Assembly: GCA_963698765.1 (NCBI GenBank)
Contig: CAVOSB010000029.1
Span: 142,860-206,859, forward strand
Source: an uncultured Chloroflexia bacterium
Lineage (GTDB): Bacteria > Chloroflexota > Anaerolineae > Anaerolineales > UBA4823
Length of the DNA: 64,000 nucleotides
Direction: 5' to 3'
The position numbers and the translations under genes were made by a program. How positions within the stretch are numbered: the stretch's first letter is position 1; every line of letters starts with the position of its first letter. The notes under the pieces were generated by a model. The model was not told where the DNA came from. It was given only the letters and a program-made list of their open reading frames with translations, and did no database searches. Shown in pieces: positions 55,071 through 64,000 of this stretch.

Positions 55071-58000
55071 GTGAATCCCATGCAACCGAATCCGGTTGGC
55101 GCAGTAATGGTAGTAGGTGGCGGCATTGCAGGAATGCAGGCTGCGCTTGATCTGGCCGATCAGGGATTTAAAGTCTACCTCGTCGAAGAAAAATCGGCCA
55201 TCGGCGGTCATATGGCGAAGCTCGACAAGACCTTTCCTACCAATGACTGCGCCATGTGCAATATCAGCCCGAAGCTAGTCGACACCGGTCGCCACGTCAA
55301 TATCGAACTGCTAACCGACACCGATGTTGTTGAAGTGGCGGGCCAGGCGGGCAATTTCGAGGTCAAGCTGCGCCGCAGGCCGCGCTATATCGACATCTCA
55401 CGCTGTATCGGATGTGGAGATTGCGCCCAGGTCTGCCCGGTGTCGACTCCGGACCCATATGAAGAAGGCATGAAAACTCGCAAGGCTGCTTATAAATTAT
55501 ATGCCCAGGCCGTACCGGCAGCCTATGCCATCGACAAGCTCGGAATTGCGCCCTGCCGGAATGCCTGCCCGGCCGGCCAGCGCGCGCAGGGATATATTGC
55601 CTTGATCGCTCAGGGGCGGTACCGGGAGGCTTTCAGAGTAATAAAAGAGGACAACCCCTTCCCCAGCGTTTGCGGGCGCACCTGCCACCACCCGTGTGAA
55701 GGCGCCTGTACCCGTGCCCTGGTCGACCAATCCGTGGGGATCATGTCTCTCAAACGGTTTGTGGTGGACCATGCGCTGGCCTATGGCCGCGACCGGGTCC
55801 AACCGGTCCCTCGCACTCGTCCCGAATGGGTGGCAGTGATCGGATCCGGCCCTGCAGGGCTTACAGCTGCGCACGACCTGGCAAAGCAGGGTTATGGTGT
55901 AACCGTTTACGAAGCCCTGCCTGTTGCTGGAGGCATGATGCGCGTGGGCATCCCCGCCCACCGCCTTCCAAAAGGAGTCTTGCAGCAGGACATCGACGAT
56001 ATCCTGGCCCTGGGCATCATGCTGAAGACCAGTTCACCCATCAAGGATCCAGTTAAGCTTCTGGAGCAGGGCTACAATGCTGTCTGCCTGGCCACGGGGA
56101 TTTCCTCCCGCCAGCTGTCAATGGAGCTGGAAGGAGAGCAATCTGAGGGCGTCATCTCCGCTGCCACCTTCCTTCGCAAGGTAAATCTGGGAGAGCCAAT
56201 CCGCATCGGTGCCCACGTTGCGGTCCTCGGAGGCGGGATCACCGCCCTGGATTCCGCTGCCGTCGCCAGGCGCCTGGGAGCCGAAAAAGTATACCTGGTG
56301 CTGGACAGGCCGCGCGGCGAGTTGCCTGCCTATCACTGGGAAATCGCAGCGGTGGAAGCCGAAGGCATTCAGCTGCTCGAGCGCATGGTCGCCACCCGGG
56401 TGCTTTCAAGTGATGGAAAAGTTGTCGGTGTGGAGCTGGCTGAAGCCGCACAGGGTATGGTAAAGGACGAACACGGCCGGCGGCGTCCTAAGATCAAGCC
56501 TGGCACCGAGTTCACAATCGAAGTCGATACAATCATTGGCACAGTCGGCCAGTTTTCTGACCTCAATTACCTGGACCCGCATTTCGACGAGCTGAACATC
56601 GACGCCCAAACACTGGCCAGCGATATCCCGGGATTATTCGTCGTCGGCGGGAGGAAAACAGGTGCCAGCTATATCATCGAGGCAGTCGCGCTGGGACACC
56701 GTGTTGCTGCAAACATCCATCGCTTCCTGCAAGGCGAATCTCTGTCAGGTCAGGCGATTGACGCACCTCCAGCGCTGAAATTTTCACGCCAGGAAATCGA
56801 GCAGCGCGTTCTTCAGGGTCAAATCACCCTCCAGCCCCGGGTCGAGCCATCCATGCTGCACATGGAAGAGCGCGTGACCAGCTTCCGTGAGGTGGTGCTC
56901 GGTTTGACTGAACGCCAGGCTCGCCAGGAAGCACAGCGCTGCCTGCAGTGTGGGGTGTGCTCAGAGTGCCTGGCATGCGTCTATGCCTGCGGTGTAGACG
57001 CTATTGACCACAATATGGTTGAACGTGAACAACTTATCCAGGTAGGCGCGGTCATCCTGGCTCCCGGCTATCAGGCCTATAGCGCTGCCCTGGACGAAGA
57101 ATACGGCCTCGGTCGCTTCCCGAATGTGCTCACAGCCCTGCAGTTCGAGCGCCTGCTCTCGGCAGCCGGACCGACCATGGGCCACGTACTGCGCCCTTCT
57201 GATGGCAAAAAGCCTGCGCGCATCGCATTCCTGCAGTGCATCGGATCGCGCGACCAGAAGCATGATTACTGCTCAGCCGTATGCTGCATGTATGCTACCA
57301 AGGAAGCCTTGATCGCCAAGGAGCACCAGCCGGGCCTGGATGTACACGTCTTCTTAATGGACATGCGGGCTTTTTCCAAAGGTTACCTGGGCTATTTCGA
57401 GCGTGCTCGCCAGCAGTATGGCATTCAATACACCCACTGTCGCATCAGCAAGCTGATCGAGGATCCTGATACCCACGAAGTCATCCTCGATTTCCAGGAT
57501 GAAGATGGCAAGCACCAGCAATCGCGTTTCGACATGGCTGTGCTCTCGGTCGGAATGGAGATTTCTGAATTGGTCAGGCAGCTTGGACACAGGTTGGGTG
57601 TTGAATTGGATGATTACGGCTTCTGCCACACAGCCCTTTTCAACCCCTTGGAAACCAGCCGACCGGGTATCTATGCCGTAGGACCATTCCGTTCCCCCAA
57701 GGATATCCCAGAATCCGTGATCGAAGCCAGCGGCGCAGCCGCTGCTGCCGCCCGGAGGCTTAGCCCGTCCCGCTTCAGCCTGTCCGTCACGCGCACCTTC
57801 CCCACTGAACGAGAAGTGAGGGGTGAACCGGCACGCATCGGCGTGTTCGTCTGCCATTGCGGATCAAACATAGCCGGGTTCCTGGATGTGGCAGAAGTAA
57901 GCAGGCATGCCAGCCAGCTTCCGAATGTTGTCCACGCCGAGACCAACCTGTACACCTGTTCTCAGGACAGCATCCGCCATATCACCGAAGTCATCCAGGA

Positions 58001-59573
58001 ACAGAACCTCAACCGGGTGGTGGTCGCCAGCTGCAGCCCGCTGACCCACCAGTCACTCTTCCAGGACAGCCTGCGGTCGGCAGGAACTTAATCCCTACTT
58101 ATTCGAGATGGCGAATATCCGCAACCAGTGCTCCTGGGTCCACTCTCATGAGTGGGAAGTCGCCACGCAGAAAGCCCGCCAGCTGGTGAGCATGGCTGTC
58201 GCCAGAGCCAGCTTGCTCGAAGCCCAACACACGGTCGATATACCGGTGCAGCATGCCGTGCTGGTTGTCGGTGGGGGAGCAGCCGGTCTGTCAGCAGCCG
58301 TTAACCTGGCCAGCCAGGGCTTTCCTGTTCACCTGGTTGAGAAGCAGGCTGAGTTAGGTGGGAATTTACGCCAGGTTTGGCTCCCTTCTGATGGAGCCGA
58401 TCCACAAGCATTTTTGGCGCAGTTGGTTAATGAAGCTACTTCCGATGAGCGGATTTCGATTTATCTGGACAGCCAGGTGGTCGATGTGCGCGGCTTTAAA
58501 GGCAATTTCACCAGCCTGGTTCAGGATAATTCGGGTCAGCGCATCGAAATCCAGCACGGCGCCACTATCCTCGCAACGGGCGGCGAAGAATATCGCGGCC
58601 CGGATTACGGCTACGGCACTGACCCGCGACTTTAACCATGCAGCAGTTAGAAAACAAATTAGTTCATTCGAAAAATGAAATCAAGGATATCAATTCGATA
58701 GCCATGCTGCTGTGTGTCGGGCCAGCCGAGCGCTTCTGCAGCCGCATCTGCTGTACCACAGCGCTGAAGAACGCCATCGAGATCAAGCGCCAGTTCCCCA
58801 ATACCACAGTCACTATCATGTTTAGAGATATCCGTGCCTATGGATTTAAGGAGCGGCTGTATACCCAGGCTCGCCAGCTTGGTGTGCTTTTTGTGCGCTA
58901 CGATCCAGATCGGCTGCCGGAAGTGGATGCTCGCGCTGGAGAGCCGCTGAAAATCATTGTCTGGGACAGGACACTGGGAAGAAATATTGAGATCCAGCCG
59001 GGTCTTCTGGTGTTGAGCATGCCGGTTGTGCCCGGTCGGGATGTTCGCCGTTTATCCGCCATGTTCAAGGTGCCGGTCGACGGCGATGGGTTCTTCATGG
59101 AGGCGCATGTCAAACTCCGACCGGTGGATTTCAGTACAGACGGGGTTTTCATGGCGGGCATGGCTCACTACCCCAAGCTGTTGGACGAATTGATCATCCA
59201 GGCCCAGGCTGCTGCCGGGCGTGCCGCTCGTGTGCTTAGCCAGGATACCCTGGTCGGAGGAGGCAGGGTGGCTGTCGTGGAACCCGAAAAGTGTACAGGC
59301 TGCCTGACCTGCGTGCGTATTTGCCCGTTCAGCGTGCCTCAAATCCAGGTCAACCTGGCGGGGGTGGGGAAGATCATTGGTGCCGCCTATATTGAAGCAG
59401 CAATCTGTCAGGGATGCGGCTCCTGCGTGGCTGAGTGCCCGGCACGCGCCATCCAATTGATGCATTACACCGATGCCCAGATGGCGGTTAAAGTGAGCGC
59501 CCTGTTACCAATACAGACAGAGATGTCAGCCAGCCAGGAAAATGAGCGTGTCCACAATGCGGCTGGAGGATGA
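55071..59573 (+). CDS. hdrA: HdrL-type HdrA, copy 3 (indels near 58085, 58633)
   Basis: Same architecture as copy 2: NDCAMC, CRNACPAG, NPFPSVCGRTC, IGSGPAG, QCIGSR, CHCGSNI, CSRICC, LRPVDF, ferredoxin tail. Confidence 0.92.
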
Positions 59574-59577
59574 AAGA

Positions 59578-60015
59578 ATGGAACAACCGGAGCTCGAAGA
59601 GCTGCACACTTCTTATCAGGTAGTCGCATACTGCTGCGAGCACTGCGCCTATGCAGCGGCTGACCTGGCAGGTGGGCTGCGTATTCAATACCCACCAGCC
59701 ATAAAAATCGTCCAGCTCCCTTGCACAGGAAAGCTCGATGTGCTGATGGTGCTGGAGGCCATTGAGCAGGGTATCGACGGCGTGATGGTGGCAGGCTGAC
59801 TGGAAGGCGACTGCCATTACCTGGAAGGTAATGCAAACGCCCGGCGCAGGGTAGAAAGGGTTAAACAACTGCTTGGCCAGATTGGATTGGAGCCAGAGAG
59901 GGTGCGCATGTTCAACATGTCCTCCGCCATGGCAGGACAATTTGCGGAGGCTGCCAGGGAAATGAACGAACAAATTGAGAAAATTGGCAAAAATCCATTG
60001 AGGAATTATCCGTAG
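59578..60015 (+). CDS. mvhD: MvhD/FlpD selenoprotein (in-frame UGA at 59797-59799 read as Sec)
   Basis: YCCEHCAYAAAD, PCTGK, DGVMVAG-U-LEGDCHYLEGN; frame stays open to IGKNPLRNYP*. Confidence 0.9.
59806..59841 (+). promoter_or_regulatory. Bacterial SECIS-like element
   Basis: GGCG...CATTACC-TGGAA-GGTAATG...CGCC at the same offset as in the other Sec mvhD. Confidence 0.75.
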
Positions 60016-60044
60016 TGAATATCTAAAGACCGGAGGTTAACAAA

Positions 60045-60728
60045 ATGATCATCGCAGAACAAAAATCCTTAGAAGAGCTGAAGACCCTGGTTTCAGACGC
60101 CCAAAGAGTGTTGGTGGTTGGCTGCGGCACCTGTGTGACGGTGTGCTTCGCCGGCGGGGCGCGCGAGGCGGCTATCGTCTCATCTTCCCTGCGCATGGCT
60201 TCCAAGCTGGATGGAGATAAGAAGGCCATCACCGATTTCACTGTCCAGCGGCAGTGTGAGTGGGAGTATCTCGACCAGATAGCAGAACAGGTCGCGGAGG
60301 CCGATGTGGTTTTATCACTCGGATGCGGTATCGGAGTCCAGGCCATCGCAGAACATTTCCCCCAGACCTGGGTCGTCCCTGGATTAAATACCACCTTCCT
60401 GGGAATTCCCCTGGAGCAGGGTGTGTGGGCAGAGCGCTGTGCAGCCTGCGGGGACTGCGTCCTCGGACTGACCGGCGGCATCTGCCCCATCGCTCGCTGT
60501 TCAAAATCGCTGCTGAACGGCCCCTGCGGTGGTTCAGAGGACGGTCATTGTGAAATCAGTCCGGATACCGACTGCGCCTGGCAGCTGATCTATGATCGCC
60601 TGAACAGCATGGGAAAACTACACCTGCTGCAAGAAATTCAACCGCCGAAAAATTGGCGCACTTCACGTGATGGCGGGCCGCGCCGTATCGTGCGCGAGGA
60701 TTTACGGCTGGCCGCGGAGGAGGAATAA
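60045..60728 (+). CDS. metV: Methylene-THF reductase small subunit MetV
   Basis: GCGTCVTVC, RQCE, CGIGVQ, CAACGDC, GICPIARCSKSLLNGPCGG, CAW. Confidence 0.92.
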   Translation: MIIAEQKSLEELKTLVSDAQRVLVVGCGTCVTVCFAGGAREAAIVSSSLRMASKLDGDKKAITDFTVQRQCEWEYLDQIAEQVAEADVVLSLGCGIGVQAIAEHFPQTWVVPGLNTTFLGIPLEQGVWAERCAACGDCVLGLTGGICPIARCSKSLLNGPCGGSEDGHCEISPDTDCAWQLIYDRLNSMGKLHLLQEIQPPKNWRTSRDGGPRRIVREDLRLAAEEE

Positions 60729-60731
60729 ACC

Positions 60732-61764
60732 ATGACTGCACCTGTAATTGACAAGCAAACCCAGAATACAAACGGTTATCATTCCGGCTCGACGCTGGAA
60801 AAAATGCTCCGGCAGGGTCACTTTGCAGTGACCGCCGAGCTTGGCCCCCCTCAAAGCGCAGATGGGGAGGTTGTCCGCAAGAAAGCCGCCCTGCTGCGCG
60901 GTTACTGTGATGCAGTTAACATCACTGATAACCAGACTGCCATCGTCCGCATGTCCAGCATAGGGGCCGGTGCGCTCGCCATCCAGGAAGGATTGGAGCC
61001 GGTCATCCAGATGGTGTGCCGGGACCGCAACCGGCTTGCCATGCAAAGCGACCTGCTGGGGGCGTATGCTCTCGGCGCGCGCAACCTGCTGTGCCTCACC
61101 GGAGATCACCAGACTTTTGGCAACCATCCCGAATCAAAGAATGTCTTCGACCTCGATTCGATCTAAATGGTTCGCATGGTGACTGCGATGCGTGATGAGC
61201 ACACGTTTCAGTGTGGAGAAGCGATGAAAGGCCAGGAGCCGCGCTTTTTCGTCGGTGCAGCCGAGTCGCCGTTTGCCGGTCCGGTTGAATTCCGCCCGTA
61301 CCGCCTGGCTAAGAAAGTTAAGGCCGGCGCAAATTTCATTCAAACACAGCTGGTGTTCGATGTTGCCGCATTCTCCGTCTTCATGGAAAAAGTGCGCGAG
61401 CTTGGCCTGCATGAACAGGTGTATATACTGGCAGGAGTTGGCCCATTGAAAAAGCCCGGGGATGGCCAAATACATGAAAGAGCAGGTTCCCGGGATCCTG
61501 GTTCCGGATCAGCTGTTAAAACGCATGGAAGATGTGGGTCTGCCATGGGCTGGCAAAAAAGGCGAAGAGCTGACCAAGGAAGACAAGAAGGCGCGTTCAG
61601 AAGCCTATAAGCAGGAAGGTATCCAGATTTGTATCGAGTTAATCCAGCAGCTGCGACAGATCAAAGGGGTTGCCGGCGTTCACATCATGGCGATCGAATG
61701 GGAAGAGGCTGTAAAGACGATCGTCGAGGGTGCCGGTCTCTACCCGCGCCCGCAGGTAGATTAG
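60732..61764 (+). CDS. metF: Methylenetetrahydrofolate reductase MetF (in-frame TAA at 61164 and indel near 61455)
   Basis: VTAELGPP, NITDN, CRDRNRLAMQS, CLTGDH, KKVKAGANFIQTQ, GVHIM. Confidence 0.88.
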
Positions 61765-61792
61765 TCGATATCGCACCCTCCAGGAGGCTTAG

Positions 61793-63213
61793 ATGACAGA
61801 AGAAAAGATTGTAGAAAGCCAGCCCATCACTATCAATCCCGCCCTGGCGCAGCGCATCCAGGACGAGCTCGGGCAGAATGTCTACCTGTGTTACCAGTGC
61901 ATTAAATGCTCCTCAGGCTGCCCGATGGTTGAGTTTTTCGACTGGCAGCCCAACCAGATCATGCGAGCACTTCAGCTTGGACAGGAAGATATTGCTCTTA
62001 AATCTCAGACGCCCTGGCTGTGCGCTTCCTGCCAGACCTGCACGACACGCTGCCCGCAGGGACTGGATATTAACGGCATCATGGATTTTCTGACGCGGGA
62101 AGCTCTCGATCGTGGTTTCACCGCTCCTGTCTCCGAAGTGAAAATCTTCAACGAAGCCTTTATGCGCGAGATTCGCCTTTGGGGACGTGCTTATGAGCTC
62201 GGCCTGATGGCTGAAATGAAACTTCGTACGCACAACATTATGGGTGATATGGATTTGGGCATGAAGATGCTGGCGAAGAACAAATTTCCCTTCTTACCAT
62301 CACTAGGTCACCCACCGCGCAAAGTTAAGGCCATCCCGGGTGCAGATGATGCAATTGCTTACTATCCGGGATGCTCATTGGACTAACCTCACCGGAATTC
62401 AATACCTCTGTCAAAGCGGTATGCGAAGCCTTAGGTCTTAAGCTGATTGAACCCACCGGTTGGATGTGCTGCGGCAGCAGCTCCGCCCATCGCTCCGATC
62501 CAGAAGCTGCACTTCGTTTGCCTATGGAAAACCTTGCCTTGATTGAGCAGAATGGTTTTCATGAAGTAACCATGCCTTGCGCAGCATGCTTTAACCGCCA
62601 TAAAGCCGCCCAATTCGAAATCCGCCACCACGATCAGCGCCGCCGGGAAGTCGAGAAAACTATCGGCTATGCCTACCAGGACAGTGTTCAGGTAAATACG
62701 CTGGTTCAGTCTATGCTCCAGCATCTGGGAGCAGAAAAAATCGCCTCCAGAGTCAAGAAACCCCTGGCAGGATTGCGCGTGGTCAGCTATTACGGATGCC
62801 TGCTTACGCGCCCACCGCAGATCACCGAAGCTGAGCATCCGGAGAATCCCACCGATATGGACGAGCTGCTCACGGCTCTCGGAGCGGAAGTGCGGGATTG
62901 GTCTTATAAAACGGTCTGCTGCGGAGCAGCCAATTCGCTGACCCGCCCGGATATCGTGCTGAAGCTGAGCGGAGCCCTGGTACAACATGCACGTGAATCT
63001 GGGGCTGATGTGATCGCGGTCGCCTGCCCTCTCTGCCATGTCAACCTGGATGCCCGGCAATTCCAGATGGGCCTCGAACAAGCCATGCCGGTCATGTTCT
63101 TCACTCAATTAATGGCAATCGCACTGGGACTGCCGGATAAAGCCGCCAGCCTGAACAAGAATCTGGTCGATCCGCGACCGCTGCTGCGGTCGAAGGAGCT
63201 GCTGGCAGCCTGA
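61793..63213 (+). CDS. Probable HdrC-HdrB fusion (indel near 62382)
   Basis: CYQCIKCSSGCP, CASCQTCTTRCP (HdrC); YYPGCSL, WMCCG, PCAAC, YYGCLL, CCG, ACPLC (HdrB CCG domains). Confidence 0.82.
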
Positions 63214-63295
63214 TTTTTCACAGCCGGGGAGATGATGCCCGCAGTCCTGGGCATCCTGTTCCCTCTGGTTAATTCGTAGATTGGGAGGTGGCTCG

Positions 63296-63889
63296 ATGAA
63301 CACTGCGAATCGCTCTACCGCAGTCCATGATCCAGTCGAACAGCTTAATGATGTCCTTCAACGGACCTGGTATTTGCTGTGCTGCACCTACGATGCGACT
63401 GCTGCCCTTCCCGATTTCAAGACTCTCTTCTGCGGCGCAAGTATCCCGGTAACCTTCCAGATCTCACAGTCGGTGCTGGTGAACATGCTCCTGGAAGTGA
63501 TGGAAAATATCGGGCGTTTCTCTCCCTGGTACACCCGGCCAGCGCGTGCATTCGGACTCCTGGAAATGCGTGGCACCGCTGTTACCCAGAAACCTGAAAA
63601 CTCCAATCGCAGGTTTGCGAAAAGTGCATCTCATACCTGGATATTGGCTCCAGAAGCCGTCATGAAATGGCAGCCAGCCCTGGCTGAACTGTCCCAGGTA
63701 ATCGAGGCAGAATATCCATTTATACAAGCCATGCTCCTGGTTGAAGACCTGATGGATAGGGTAGAACCCGGTGATGAGTGGGTATCTGCCCATTGCCGCT
63801 GCAATCCACCGCGTGAAATCCAGGTCACAAAGGAAATACTTGATAAAGGGGATATCCGCTGTGACACCTGCTTACTTCCTTTTAGATAA
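63296..63889 (+). CDS. Hypothetical protein with a C-terminal Cys/His zinc-ribbon-like motif
   Basis: GGAGG RBS before the ATG; HCRCNPPREI...IRCDTC. Confidence 0.55.
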   Translation: MNTANRSTAVHDPVEQLNDVLQRTWYLLCCTYDATAALPDFKTLFCGASIPVTFQISQSVLVNMLLEVMENIGRFSPWYTRPARAFGLLEMRGTAVTQKPENSNRRFAKSASHTWILAPEAVMKWQPALAELSQVIEAEYPFIQAMLLVEDLMDRVEPGDEWVSAHCRCNPPREIQVTKEILDKGDIRCDTCLLPFR

Positions 63890-64000
63890 GCGGCTTATCT
63901 GGCTCAAAAACCAATTTCAGATTGATCCAGGTTGTCTGGTCGCTTTTTTCCCTCCACAATCCGGTTAAAATTGATATTCATCTTTCTTCAGAAGTTAAGT

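Overview
Bacterial chromosomal segment, inferred to be Chloroflexota/Anaerolineae-like from the r-protein tails, the RpoB insert and the Pro/Thr-rich lipoproteins. It carries many single-base indels typical of an unpolished long-read assembly, so most 'split' genes are probably intact. 1-17.7 kb (minus strand): S10-spc ribosomal protein cluster (rplO partial to rpsJ), tuf, fusA, rpsG, rpsL and a stand-alone rpoB with no adjacent rpoC. 18-44 kb: era, two ECF sigma/anti-sigma pairs, YitT, dehydrogenases, and a run of orphan DNA methyltransferase - ssb - DUF3467-like - translin/TRAX-like - split membrane-anchored Cas4-like nuclease - nadK - Zn-finger membrane protein - recN - catalytically degenerate class A PBP. 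These are followed by an HtrA-like protease, lipoproteins, NUDIX, patatin, MFS and a GH10 xylanase. 44-63 kb: a structured leader/ncRNA candidate, then a large redox cluster HdrA-MvhD(Cys), HdrL-MvhD(Sec), receiver + cNMP-domain histidine kinase, HdrL-MvhD(Sec), MetV, MetF and a probably fused HdrC-HdrB. The two most interesting candidates are the translin + bipartite membrane Cas4 module and the triplicated Hdr/MvhD-MetVF complex with UGA/SECIS recoding and an embedded sensor kinase. All family calls come from motif recognition; no database searches were run.
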